Shown here: piece by piece, positions 10,251 to 23,384 of the stretch
How positions within the stretch are numbered: position 1 is the stretch's first letter
Layout of the letters: each line of letters opens with the position of its first letter
From: Proteromonas lacertae
Lineage: Eukaryota
Reading direction: 5' to 3'
Assembly (NCBI GenBank): GCA_002245135.1
Contig: NGBS01000052.1
Coordinates: 1-42,090, forward strand
DNA: 42,090 nt
Notes under the pieces: generated by a model
What the model was told of the DNA's origin: nothing
The model's database searches: none
The model's input: only the letters and a program-made list of their open reading frames with translations
Translations under genes and position numbers: made by a program

Positions 10251-10672
10251 TGTTGTGCGCCATTTGTCATAGTTGGCCATTTTTCTACCAGACACTTTTA
10301 AAACAAACTAAATATATTTTCTTACTTGTCTTGATGAAAATTTGTTGCTTTTATACTTACTTTGTTATATGACCTACCTCTGCAGTAAACTTTTTGTTAA
10401 TATAAATAGTTGTTCTAATCATTTTTGTTAATGTATTTTAGTCTATATTAGCTAAATATGCATTTAGTTTACTTCAAAAATTTCTAGAAAACAAACGGAG
10501 CAAATATTCAAACTATTTATATTAACAAAAAAGTATACTGCAGAGGTAGGTCATATAACAAAGTAAGTATAAAAGTAACAATTTTTCATCAAGACAAGCA
10601 AGAATATACATTTAGTTTGTTTTAAAAGTGTCTGGCAGACAAATGGCCAACTATGACAAACGGTGCACAACA
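10251..10672. mobile_element. MITE with ~160 bp TIRs (TGTTGTGCGCC...) and 7 bp TSD TGAGCTT
   Basis: Long inverted arms 10251..~10411 and ~10511..10672; TGAGCTT on both flanks. Confidence 0.9.
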
Positions 10673-11364
10673 TGAGCTTCTAATACAATCAGCAGCTCAA
10701 TGAATATATTTTCATGAATATATTTTCAGAACGAAACATAAGTATCTCATATACAAAGTATCAGCTTTATAATCCTTCAGCATCCTCAATGGCACATGTG
10801 TAATTATTTAATATTGAAATTAGAAAATTTTGTAAATGATCTTCAAAAATTAGTATTGTATATAATTTTTTTATCTCTATACATAGATCTGAAGTTAATT
10901 ATTAAAATTTAGTAGTTAAATTTACAATGAGTTATTTATTTGTAGAGATAACCAAATTTTTAAGGAATTTAGTTTTATTTTTTCATTTATCTCATGAACT
11001 ATGATGATTTATTTTTAGATATTTTATATTAACAATACATATGTTGACCTAATAGTTGATATCGGCGCAAGTTATATATATCATAGACCTAACTATATAT
11101 TTGTAAATAACTCTTTATAACTAAGATAAAAATGATATTAGTTAGGTCAACAGATATTATATGATGAAAGCAGCTCAAAGGCGCACAACAGATATTATAG
11201 CTTTTCTTTGATTGTAATCAATTGTACATAGTAAATATCAATACAAATGTTTGAGGTTTGTTACAAAACAAGGGTGATTAAATATTAAGCAATGCTTTAT
11301 AAACCATAACAAGGGGACACACCTCCTAGAACGCTCGTTAGAACTATCATTTATATAGATTATT

Positions 11365-11991
11365 ATGTACATTTTTATATACGATATTCTTTTGTTAATC
11401 ATTATATACATATTTTTTAAAATAAAAAGAAATAATAATCATTATTTATTAATTTACATTAGTTCATGCAATAGATTCTTTTATCTAAACATAACAATTC
11501 CTTCAATTGTAAACCATATGTTAAATTATGAATCAATTCAATATCATATCATTATATTTGATCAAGGAACTAAGGAGTTACGTGATTATAATCATCATTT
11601 CTATCATACATATGACTTGTTCTTTATGAATCCGAATGGATATATATATACATACAATATAATATTTTCTTATTTATATAGCACATATGCTTTACTTATT
11701 GATGATGATAGGCCTATTAAACAAAAGATAGAATTAACTCTTACTAACACAAATTTCTTTGAAATATGCATGGAAATAATGGATATAAGAAAAGATATTT
11801 TTGGGTTTATATTAAAGCAAGAGGGAAATGGAAAGGCAAATTGTTTTAATTACACAAGAAGAAAAGCATTAAAATACTGTAAAGTCGAAAAAGCTTTCAT
11901 GGGATATTATTACAGTAATGGTGCTTCAATTTACAAAACTAAGAGTCTAAAAATGGTTAAACAATACAATGGCGAAATAACATATGTTTAA
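11365..11991 (+). CDS. Putative GT-A fold glycosyltransferase-like type II membrane protein, possibly 3'-truncated
   Basis: N-terminal TM, IIIFDQGT, YALLIDDD (DxD), YSNGASIY. Confidence 0.55.
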   Translation: MYIFIYDILLLIIIYIFFKIKRNNNHYLLIYISSCNRFFYLNITIPSIVNHMLNYESIQYHIIIFDQGTKELRDYNHHFYHTYDLFFMNPNGYIYTYNIIFSYLYSTYALLIDDDRPIKQKIELTLTNTNFFEICMEIMDIRKDIFGFILKQEGNGKANCFNYTRRKALKYCKVEKAFMGYYYSNGASIYKTKSLKMVKQYNGEITYV

Positions 11992-12052
11992 GTATCTAAA
12001 CACTGATAATAATGTGTAAGTGCTTGCGCATGATCCTATGATTATATTGCTT

Positions 12053-12740
12053 TTATGATAGTAGAAATTGCTCAGTTATTGATATTTCGTTCATACTATG
12101 AATTATTTGCTTTGAATTATTTATAACATTCTTACATACATAATAATAATAATGCTTTATAAACTTCATTCTTATTTTGCTAGAATCTAAAATATAAAAT
12201 CTCGGTGAAATTATCATAGAATCTAGCAAAATAAACACCAACTATAACACCATTATTTTTGCTTTTAAATACTTTATATGCATTAATTAATCTCTCATCA
12301 GGAGATAATAGTTCTCTTATTAATTTTTTTCTTAGTATATAAATTTCGTGTATAACATTTTTCCTATATATATTAATAAAAAGACACTTTACTAATTTGA
12401 TTTTACATAATTCCACACATGATTCTAATATATCATAACAAGAAGAAAAGGATATAATTCTTTTATTTTTGTATCTTATATAGTCATTCTCAGTAATTTA
12501 AATTATTGGTTGATAATGAGAAGTTGAAACATTAGTATAAAATAATTTGGGTATGATATAATATTTCTTTAATTTATATATGTTATACCAGCATTTCCAT
12601 TAAAATACATTCCTTTATTTGTGAAGCTTGAACTTATCTTTACTATTGATTTATTTGACACTATTTCATAAATATATAGAATAATAATATATTATATGCA
12701 ATTAATATGAATAATGTGTGATTTTATATTCGATAAACCA
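12053..12740 (-). pseudogene. Degenerate coding-like region (overlapping ORF pieces)
   Basis: ORFs 12180..12416 and 12053..12241 overlap in different frames; function unclear. Confidence 0.3.
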
Positions 12741-13203
12741 TATTAATAGATGGTGTGACAAGAATTATATAAAAGAATATTGACAGATTTATTCAAAGAA
12801 AGTCTATATTGGATTGAAGATAAATCAAATGATAAAGATAAATCGTCTATATATACCTTCTCATATTGCAACTCCTTGAATTTACCTATCCTCTAGTAAC
12901 ATGTCTATTGATTATCGAGATGAAGCTCTAGTAAGTCAGCTCTTCAGAAATCTTTGACATTGAGCCATAGTCCTATGAGAATCATGACGATTACCTACGG
13001 GATGATCTTTTATAGGATTATCTCCTACAGGGACTCTTGAAAGCTATCTACAAGTGTTGGTCATCTCAAGACAATGAATCTAATCACGATCTAGAGTCTC
13101 CTTGCTACGCTAGTGACCTTGTAAGGGCTTTTAATAGAATCGCGGAACCAGGACTTTACAATTGTTAAAATCTCCATTGAGTCTTTTCTGATCCGTGAAT
13201 ACC

Positions 13204-13479
13204 ATGAAGAGAACCAGACCTATCAATGCCTTAGAGGAATTTTCTAGCGATGAGGAAGACACTAAGGTGTTCAGAATTAAGCTTAAGTCGGAGTATAAGA
13301 AGTTGAAGGCTAAGATGGCTGCTGCTGTTGATGATGATGTTCCTCCTCCTTTCCCTCCTAAACCTCATAAATCTTCACTTACAATCACTAACTCCAAGGA
13401 TGAAGACGATGATGATGATCCTTTCAATGCTGAGATCATGGACATGGTAAGAGACTTCATAGCTGACAATACCCGATAA
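13204..13479 (+). CDS. Hypothetical acidic/Pro-rich protein in a higher-GC island
   Basis: MKRTRP start; C/G-ending codons (AAG, ATC, TTC, GAC) unlike the flanks. Confidence 0.55.
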   Translation: MKRTRPINALEEFSSDEEDTKVFRIKLKSEYKKLKAKMAAAVDDDVPPPFPPKPHKSSLTITNSKDEDDDDDPFNAEIMDMVRDFIADNTR

Positions 13480-13515
13480 AGCTAGTGTCTGTGATAACTT
13501 ACCTTGATTATAAAC

Positions 13516-13929
13516 ATGTCGGAGGAGATCACCTTGAATGAAGACGCTAAGTACGTGATCCTTAACCAGAAGGATGACAACCAGGATCTTTCCGATGAGT
13601 TCATCAAGATGTACCTCATCTCCATGAAGCAACAGATAAGGAATCTCGGAGTGATGAGCAGGTATACCGATCCTACTCCTGATGATGACTGTGTATACTT
13701 TAAGAACCTTTCTGCCAAGTTCCATTGTCACCTTATGAAGCTCAATCTGCTTCCTACGACTTTACTTAAAGGTCCAAGACATATCATGACCAGGATGAAG
13801 AAAGGCTGTAAGCTTATCAGATACAACAATAGCAAGGAAGAAGACTATGGATACATCCCACTGGGCCATTACATGCCACTTATCCTCTACTCTGGTGCAT
13901 TAAGAACCTTGAAGTATCTCCTTGGCTAA
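13516..13929 (+). CDS. Hypothetical protein in higher-GC island; frame stays open past the TAA to ~14030
   Basis: Same codon bias continues beyond 13929 (DIEQLSACKKMKQYMDFLQP). Confidence 0.55.
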   Translation: MSEEITLNEDAKYVILNQKDDNQDLSDEFIKMYLISMKQQIRNLGVMSRYTDPTPDDDCVYFKNLSAKFHCHLMKLNLLPTTLLKGPRHIMTRMKKGCKLIRYNNSKEEDYGYIPLGHYMPLILYSGALRTLKYLLG

Positions 13930-14033
13930 GACATCGAGCAGCTTTCTGCTTGTAAGAAGATGAAGCAGTACATGGACTTCCTCCAGCCAACATTGAAGGT
14001 TAAGATTTTGTCTGTAGAAAATAGTCACATTAT

Positions 14034-14563
14034 TGTTGTGCGCCGTTGAGCTAAATGCGCCGTTGAGTGTTAAGAAGACTTAATTCTATTCTAATATCAT
14101 AAACGTAACCTCTGGATCTTCAATATTACTAATCAACACTTTTTATTTTTATATTATTTTAAAATCTTATAACAATATTAGACATCGGGATAAAGGTTTC
14201 AAATAGAAAAGGAATACCTGCTTAAAATTTATTTTGAAAAAACAGGCTTGAATGAAGATAGAATAGATTGTATATTGTTTCGTTTTTAAGTGTCTTAACA
14301 TCTAAATATATGTGATTTAATTGCTTAAACTAATATATTTTTGACTCTAGTAGTGATTGAAGCAAATAAAATTAAAAATAAAATTATAATTGTTTTCAAT
14401 ATGTATGATAAAGTTCAAAATATATATACCGCAGATGTAGCTTATATGACAAAGTAAGATTATATTTGCATATAACTCGCCATCTAACCACGCACTATCA
14501 TTTTAGAATTGAAAAAAGTCTTCTTAACGCTCAACGGCGCATTTAGCTCAACGGCGCACAACA
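14034..14563. mobile_element. MITE of the TGTTGTGCGCC family, ~47 bp TIRs
   Basis: TGTTGTGCGCCGTTGAGCTAAATGCGCCGTTGAG..TTAAGAAGACT and its inverse; internal GCAGA..ACAAAGTAAG motif shared with the 10251 MITE; no clean TSD. Confidence 0.85.
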
Positions 14564-15570
14564 ATATTGAATAAAAACTATCAAAATATTTTCTAGAAAT
14601 CATGTATATTCCAAATTTTATGTTTTTATTGACATATAATGTCTAAATGAGAAGTGTCAGTTACGCAGGAATTAAGAATTATACCCTTCTGACGTCATTT
14701 TAATTTAAAATTTCATTTTCTTCAACTTTTTTGTTTGTATGTTTTTATGATTCAGTCAAAGAGAAAAAATGAATTTCAGTAGAAACTTTGAAGAATGTTA
14801 TAAAATTCTATCAAGATAAGAAGATATTTCAAAAAAGAAAAATCAAGCTTGTCAAACTTGACAGTTTTTTTTTTAATTTCAGAAAATCAAAATGTAAGTT
14901 CTATATATATATTATTATTATTATTATTATTATTATTAAAAAATCAATTTAATATATGTACAACCGTAAGAATATCACTGTTTGTGGGTAAACCGTACCA
15001 GACTATTCTTAGGTGCCTTCTACAGGTAAGAATAAGCGATTTGAGTGTGAATTAGTTTTTGGTACCGGTTATACTGGAGCAAGTGGTGAATTTAAAATTG
15101 TGTATATATTTTAGTGTGTGAATAAATTTATGGGTCATATTTTATTTTTATGTTTTCAATAGTTTTTAGTGTAGGATAATAGAAATAAAGTGTATAAATA
15201 GATAAGTAGCTACCTGTTCTACCCCGGCTGGGTAGCTACTTTATAAAATAAGAAATGTGTTTCTATGTAAGTAAGTAGCGTGTCCTGTGTAGCTTAGCTA
15301 GGACTCAATGATTAAATTGCGTGGTGGCCAAGCTACAGAATGCGTTCTTACTTTTTATAATTATTTTTTTCATTTATCAAATTATTTATGGATTTATATA
15401 GTGTAGTTAAAAACATTCAAAAGAATTTAAATAGTATCAAAAATATATATTTAAAGAATTATCTACAGTATTCTATATTTTTTACTAAATCAAAATTCTG
15501 ACGAGAAACTGTTGTTATAAACAGAAAAAAGAAACAGTTTTGATTTTCCTGGTATTTTAGAAAAACCGTT

Positions 15571-16068
15571 TTGAATCAAAAAAATATAAATATGTGTGCT
15601 TCAGTAAACTTTGCTTTCTTTTGTTCATTTAGAAATAATGAAGATTATTTAGATAAGTGTATATGTGGAACATGTAAGTTTTACTTATATTTTAACCATA
15701 ACATAAGTGCAGTTTTAGATAGTCCATTACTTAAGGAAGAGATAAAGTCTTATAATGAATTCTGTGCTATTTGTCATCAAAAGATGTGGACTAAGTATAG
15801 TGATAAGAGATATTATATGATGCTTTTCGATATTAAACCATCAGTAAAACCAAGAGGATTAAATAGACATTATTTTGCAGTGTTTGATAAGTATATTGAG
15901 TGGTTAACACTACCTGAAGGAATGGGAAGTGTTCATTTGAAGAAGAATCCTATGTTGAAACATTATGTAAAGAAGAATTATATATTTGATAATAGTGATG
16001 ATGAGGAAGAAGAAGCACAAGAAGAAGTTAAAGGAAACAATGATCAAACTACGATAAACATAGTCTAA
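15571..16068 (+). CDS. Cys-rich hypothetical protein with acidic tail, probably part of virus 3
   Basis: CICGTC and CAICH motifs; ATG at 15592; converges on the ATPase 3' half. Confidence 0.6.
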   Translation: MNQKNINMCASVNFAFFCSFRNNEDYLDKCICGTCKFYLYFNHNISAVLDSPLLKEEIKSYNEFCAICHQKMWTKYSDKRYYMMLFDIKPSVKPRGLNRHYFAVFDKYIEWLTLPEGMGSVHLKKNPMLKHYVKKNYIFDNSDDEEEEAQEEVKGNNDQTTINIV

Positions 16069-16199
16069 ATTTTAAAACGAATCTTTATCTTAAAATGATT
16101 TGGGACAGGGTTTAAAAATATGCGTAATTTAATAAAAATCACATAATATAATAAAAGTATAATAAATTTTATAATAAACATAATAAATTCATATTAAAG

Positions 16200-16786
16200 C
16201 TATAATAAAGATTGATCATTAGGGTAAACATGCCTTGAACCAAAATCTATAATCTTTGTATCAATTGTTTGAGGTAATATTGCTTGATACTGATCACCTT
16301 CACATCCATCACTTTCTAACCATAATAAAACTTTATTTTCATTAAAATGATATAAATAAAAATTACAAGATAATTTTTGAGGTGGGGTAACACTATAAGA
16401 AACTTCAGAATGGTCTTTAATCAAAATATTAAAGTTAGCTCTAAACACTTTTTTAACAATATCAATATATAAGAAGTTATATTGTGGCTTAGTAACAGCT
16501 AAATATAACTCTTTAAATGTTTCATATTCAGGTATCCATATATTCAATGAGTTGTATAAGTCAAACAAATTTCTGTTACTTAATCCATAAAATGTTAAAC
16601 AATAATCTACTTGTGATCTTGCTGAAGGTACTATATCAGTAATATATTGACTACTAATTATAATTTTTGATTTTAAATGTCTATTTTCTTTCATTAATAC
16701 TGGTATGATATTAGCTGTTTTCAACTCTAAACTAAGATCATCAAATATTATAATATGTTCTACATACTCAAAATTATCTTTGTTTA
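16200..16786 (-). pseudogene. A32-like packaging ATPase of virus 3, C-terminal half
   Basis: NKDNFEYVEHIIIFDDLS then RHLKSKIIISSQYITDIVPSAR, FLYID; joins 25288..25659 in frame. Confidence 0.9.
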
Positions 16787-18093
16787 CACGATAAGAATGT
16801 TTGACTCGAATTTAAATAGGACTTATATACTTAACTCAAACAGGCTTGAAACTTTTTGATTTTAACACCTTTTTCTTTTTGATTTTTTATTATCTTCGAG
16901 TTTGAATTAACAACTAATATTTCACGCAACTATTGATATTATGTTGTAGTTTATATTAAGCTAGTTATCTAAAAAATCTAATTATAATGAATTTTGAAAT
17001 CATTTGTTATATACATATTATGTATATATTTACAATGATTAGAACATTTTTAATCATAATAACACATATTAATTAAGAATCATTTTAGATCAGTATAAGG
17101 TTAGTATATTTAATTACAAAAGAGTCTGCTACTGTATCTTTAATTCATATCAATCGCTCCTATATAATTTATTGCTTTTATCACTAATGTGTTAAGAAAG
17201 TATGTATCTATGCTTCACATTGATTTAATTTAATATATTGCGCATATTTATCCTATATTTGATTTTTAAATTACATATTTAGTGTGTAATTGAAAATGCT
17301 AAAAAGAAAAACTTTTCTATTTTAAATGCCTTATCTCTGTAATCATTAATTACATAATGAATTATATGTTTATACTGAGTCTACATATCATTACTGTATA
17401 TTTTACTCAAAAAAGTATAAAATAAAAACATAAAATAATACAAAAAATACGTCGTATTAACTGTATATGTCATCTTTTTTAGTAACGAATTTATTATTAT
17501 TATTTGTATTAGCATTTGTTATGAATCGTCTTAGAAGAATGCATGATAACTATCATATTCATTGCTATTTGTATATTATAATATTATATTCATAATGGTA
17601 TATGCTTTTTATATACAAGTACTGTAGATTCTATAAAATATGACAATCCAAAACTGTTTATGTTGTTATAACTGAAATTTTTCCTAAACATCCAAATACC
17701 ATTGTTGTGGGGAGAATATATTCAATTTTACCATCGCTGAGTTCATATCCAAGACATAATATTTAAATATGAAAGACTTATAATTAATATATTTGTTTAT
17801 TTTAGATAGTAGTAGAAAGGCTAAGAAAATACCCAATGCCATCCAAAATTAATCTTCAGAAAGAATGAAACACAAATCAAGCTTATTTTGAATAGGAAAA
17901 CCCCAAAACTATCTAATTATACTTCAAATATGAAATTAAAGGCTGCTGTATTCTTGGAAGTCGCTGATGAAGAAATAATATTTGTCTTTATCCATTCTGT
18001 ATATATTATTGAATATAATTATATGATCTATATTTATATTTATATTTATATTATTTATTTCTCTTATTTTATATATTTTTAAGTTTATTTCAT

Positions 18094-19502
18094 CTACTTT
18101 AATCTGATGAATATGTTTTGAATTGTATCTAAATTACTTGTAACTATTTTATATTTGTTTTTGTTATTATCTTTATTGTAGGTTAGTACATATAACTGGT
18201 TAATATATGATAATGTGTTTAATATTGATTTATCTATGTGGTTATTGGAAAATGTAATCTTTCTAACAGTTTTATACGATCGCTCAAAGATGGAGGTGCT
18301 GTGAAATTTCAAGTTGCCAATATTTCTTAGATATAAAGGAAGATGTACTAACGTATACATGGAAGGGGTAAAATTGTAGTTGCATTCAAGTATTATTAAA
18401 TTGTATAATAGTTTATTATATATATTATCTATAGATTCTTCGCAGTATTCAAAGTTTAATAAACAATTAACACATTCAATAACATTAAAAATTGCGTTAT
18501 ACAGTGGTCTGGAAAATTTCATCAAAATTAATGGAAATAGGTTGGTTAAATAGTAATTTTGTTGAATGATGGTGTAATTGTTTATTTTATATAGGTCTAT
18601 ATACTTATAGGTGGATAAAGATTGAAGAATGGAGAAAGTTGATATCCGGATTGAATCAAAAATTGTTTGTAACTGCTTGTTGTATAAGTAGTCCACTGTT
18701 GATCTTCAGTATATTTATATATATTATTATATATATCTTTATATTTATTTAAATCCATTCCTCGCATGGAGTGTTTAACTTTTATACCATTAATATTTCT
18801 AGCAATTGCATTACAAGTTCTACAATAATTATCCGCTTTTATATAGTTATGAAGATGAAAGAACTCAATGCCACCTGGCATATCCGTTACGTATGATATT
18901 GTATATACATTATATTTATTAGAATTTATTTTTATACCTTTATAGAATAATTCTTTCAATTCATTAACCACTTTCTTTGATAGATTATCGATATTATAAT
19001 GTTTTTTAATTACACCAATGTTGTGGACTAATCTATTATTATTTTTCAAGTTCATTAACTTGAAAGATAATATGTTTACTGTTTTTGAATTTGAAGAAAA
19101 TGGAGCAATACAAACACCATCATATGATATTTGGATAACAATGTGTTTGAAGTTTTTGTGTGGATTAGATAAGAAAAACTAGTATATAAATATTTGTATT
19201 TATCAATATTACATTCTCTTATATTGTCTTTATTCTTATCTAATATATTTGTTATACTAGTTTTTATAGAATTATAATCATCAATTGGTGGAGAATAGTT
19301 AATCAATTTATTGACATGTTTTCTTAATGACTTAAACGAATTTTTAATATGCATATTTTTAATAGATTGGATGGTATTTATTTTCTTCAGTAGATTAGAA
19401 GCTTTACTTTGAGATATTCCATTTTCCAAAAAGAATTCAAACAAATAAATCATGAAAATGTTTGCATTACCATTACTAACTGAATTATTATTTATATTAC
19501 CT
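18094..19502 (-). pseudogene. CACTA/EnSpm-like transposase, frameshifted; N-terminal part continues beyond 22250
   Basis: ISYDGVCIAPF, VTDMPG, YCRTC, TLVHLP..GNL...S.FER motifs across ORFs 19076..19453, 18597..19055, 18094..18696. Confidence 0.75.
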
Positions 19503-22249
19503 CTGGGTTCGATAAAGGGCGTCCTTTTCGAATTTTGCCCTATTTTTGCCCCTTTTTTTTCAGCTGAAAAGAAGCCTGCCCCTTACTGCTCGGGCATAGT
19601 AATATTACCATGTGTTATGCTGTAGTATATTTTTTCTGATTTTTTGTTATAACTTTTCCATATTATCATCTAGATATACTAACATATGTTAAAAAGGATA
19701 TATTATTGTGTATTATAGCATAATAGTCATCTACTTTTCTTATGATTATATAATATCATATGTTTATGCATATATACTAATTATATAGAATATACATACT
19801 GTATATCATATTCTGATATGCATATATATACATTATGTACATTTCAAGGTGATTGACGTCACTGAACATAAATGAAATTTATATAATAAATAATTTTGTA
19901 TATTACACATATATCATATAGATAATTAAGAAGTATAGCTATAGAATGGGTATTTTCAGTTAATTGATAATCAATAGTACTTGTTATGATAATAACATAA
20001 TATATTTCATAAACTAATAGAAAAACTATTTCAAAATTACTATTTAGTATATTTTGCATACTACTTAATGTATTTCAAGCAATTATTTGAATATTTAGAA
20101 AATGGTTTGAGAATTTCGAGCTATCATTTTGCATTTCAATTGTATATGGGTAAAACGAGAGATGCTGTGTATAGATACTTTAATGAAGATGTGGTGTTAA
20201 AGAAACCCCTTGAAAAATACAACAGAATTCAATGCAGAAGGTGCAAGGCAATGATTATTGCTCATTGCACTAATTTGAAACGTCATTACAAAAAGTATAA
20301 ATATATTTATTATATTTATTAAATTAGATGTAGTGAAAAGCTAATCCAATCAAAACTTACAGAATTGAGATATGATGAACGTGCAATAAACTTAATGGTG
20401 ACCAAATATCTTATAGAAAATAACTTAGCTTTCAGAACCATACAATCTAAATCCTTTAAAAATCTAATATATGCATTAAATCCAACTACAAAGTCAATAA
20501 CAATAAACAAAATAAAAGCATCAATGAACGAAGAAGCAGAAAGAATAGTAAAGGAAATTGTAGATAACAGTAAAATATGTATAATTGTGGACTCTTGGAA
20601 ATCAGTAACCAATGAAAACGTTATTAATTTGGCAATAAAGAAAAGCAGTGATATTTCGTTTTTGGAATCCATTTATTTACATAAACGAGAAACATCAGAA
20701 AATATAGTGGAATTAATAATTCAAACATTAGTGAAGTATAAACTAGATATTAAAAACATTGTTGCTGTGAGTAGTGATAACAACTACACCATGAAAAAGA
20801 TAAGTAGTATTTTAGAGAAAAAAATAAATAGACCTGTAGTAAAGTTTGGATGTTTAGCACACATCCTAAACTTAATCAGTAAAAAAGTATTCGAAATAGA
20901 GAAATACAAAAAAGTGATAATCATGTGTAATGACATTATTCATAAGTTAAATAATAATCAAAAGATTAGAGAAATTATATATTCAATTATACAAAAAAAT
21001 ATCCAAATACGCAAGGGATGTGATACGAGATGGTCAAGCTATAGCGATGTATTTAGAAAAATATTACTCAATAAAGAAATTTTATTACAGATAAAATTAT
21101 TAAAGGAAGAAGATATACCAGAAATTAAAGAATGCTACAAGATTGCAAAATATATTTCCACAAATATACACTTATTATGCAAAGATTCATCTACATTAAA
21201 TGATGGTTTCAGAATATTGACCAAAATTAAAAGAAAGTTAATGAAAAGGTCATCAAGTGAAAAAGAACTTATTAAAGACATTATAAAAAAAGAGACTAGA
21301 CATGCAAACTACAGCATTTTAGCTCTATATGAATTTTTAGACATAAACAGTAAACATAAATTTTCAGACATGGAGAAGGATAATATAAAAAGATATATAT
21401 TATCTAAATTCAGCCCTATTTTAAATCAGAAAGCATTAAATGAGATATATCATTTTGAAAGAAGAAAACCATACTCCAAAAAGTGCCCTTCAGATATATT
21501 TTCGAAAAAGATATCAACTAATATATGGTACAATATGTATGGAGTTTTTTACCCAAATGTTAAGAAGCTATATGATATTCTTTCAACTATTCCTGTCACA
21601 AGCTCATTTATTGAACGTTCATTTAGTATTGAGGGAATAGTTCATAATCATATTAGAAATAAATTACAGCTTAATACTATAAATAATATTTTAAGAATAA
21701 AATATGATTTATTAAAAGAAAAAAACAAAGAAAAAGATAGAAATGAAGATGATAATGATATTAGTGAAGAAGAATATAATTTAGATGTGCTGAATGAAAT
21801 TGATAACAATATAGTATATGACACTTTAGATTATCAATGTTCTGGTGATGAAGATGAAAGTTCTGGTAGTTCTAGCGATGAAGGTTTAAGTGATGAAAAT
21901 TCTAGTGATGAAGATAAAAGTTCTAGTGATGAAAATGAAAGTTCTAGTGATGAAGGTTTTAGTGATGAAGGATCTCAAAGCCCTTACTTTTAAGGCTATT
22001 ATTATAATGAAATATTATTGTTTGTTATTGTTATAAGATAATAATACATAATTATGAAAAGAATAAATATTTTTATAGCGTTTAATATCCCTAAAATCGC
22101 ACAAAATATAAAAATTCAAATAAAATAATTGAAAAGGGCAAATTGTACCCTTTTCTATTTTTAGATAGTATAAAGGACGCCCCTTTCAATTTTTGCCCGG
22201 GACATGCCCTTGTCCCGCCACTGCCCTGTCCCTTTATTATTCAACCCAG
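19503..22249 (+). mobile_element. Apparently intact autonomous hAT transposon, 8 bp TSD TATTACCT
   Basis: CTGGGTT...AACCCAG ends, TATTACCT at 19495..19502 and 22250..22257, subterminal TGCCC/GGGC repeats. Confidence 0.93.
20146..21993 (+). CDS. hAT transposase with BED zinc finger, 604 aa (exons 20146-20294, 20328-21993)
   Basis: CRRC..NLKRHYKKC across a 33 nt intron; VDSW, SSDN, CLAH, TRWSS, SSFIERSFS; SSDE-repeat tail. Confidence 0.92.
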
Positions 22250-23210
22250 TATTACCTTCATCATCATCTTCATCTTCACCGTCTTCACCATAAATATAAT
22301 CAAATTCAGATTCAATAAAGTTAGTAGAGTTATCAACTTCAATATTATTAGTATTTATATTATTATTATTATTGATAGTATTATTATTTTTATCGTTCTT
22401 CAATGAATATTCATCATTAATATCATCATCGTCATACTCTAATTCAACATTAGTATTGCTACTTATGTCAATAGTTTGGTCTTCATCTTCATCGCTACTA
22501 TTAGTATTTATAATAGTGTGTTTTGCTTGTAAGAAATTTATTCTGTTGCACTTTTTATAGTTATTAATGTTGATATTATCTATTGATATGTAGTTTTCAT
22601 TGTGATTATAAAATATTATATATTTATTATTATTTGTATCAAAAGATTCTAATGTTTTCTTTATCTTATTAAATTGTAGTATATCTTCAGTATTATTATT
22701 TACTTTTTTTTATAATAGGTATAGGTGCGTGACATAACTTTAGTAACTAGAACTTTATTACGATAGAAAGGAAAATCAATAAACAGGTAATTGTTAACAA
22801 TTTTTAGCAATTTTCTGTCATTTATTTTTGGAGGAGAATTGTTAAATATAAAGGGGTTTACCCTTTGTAGGATAGTATAATTATTAGATTTATATTTAAT
22901 AGGTTTTATATATAGTTATTGGTTCATCAATAAGAAATAAATTAGGATAATATAGTATTTTCATATACTCATTAGTAATGATTTTATCATGAGTATTGAT
23001 GATTATATCATCTGATGTTATTAATTCTTGAAACAATTCTTTTATAACATATTTAACATTCAATTTAAAATTTTTACATTTCCTTTTAATTCTATTAAAA
23101 GTATGAATTAAGTAATTAAAAGTATTGCTGTGATATAATGTAGATGATGTAAATACATTCACTAAAAATAAGAAGTCCTCATAATGTGTAGGTTTATCTA
23201 TATATTCCAT
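22250..23210 (-). pseudogene. 5' coding remnants of the CACTA element (acidic/Asn-rich pieces, ORF 22896..23210)
   Basis: ORF ..EDDDEGN joins ..INNNSVSNGNANIFMIYL after removing the hAT and one TSD. Confidence 0.55.
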
Positions 23211-23384
23211 AATGTGTATATTTAAATTAAAATATTCCTTTTGGATATAATATTTTATTACTGATGTGGATATTATTGAATTATTATATATAATAAATAT
23301 GTTATATCTTAATAGAGTAATAATTAGGAATATATTAGAAGTAAAAAAATATATATCTATATTTATTGTTATTACTGTTTTAAT

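Noticed and set aside
11300..11340. Helitron 3' end (hairpin + CTAG)
   Set aside because: Stem is weak, and no 5' end or Rep/helicase is seen
2932..13929. TAA/TAG reassigned to Gln (in-frame TAA at ~2932, 3037-3048, 9660, 13927)
   Set aside because: aspA, both pentons and two capsid genes end at homologous or expected TAA codons and use CAA for Gln; mutation is the simpler explanation
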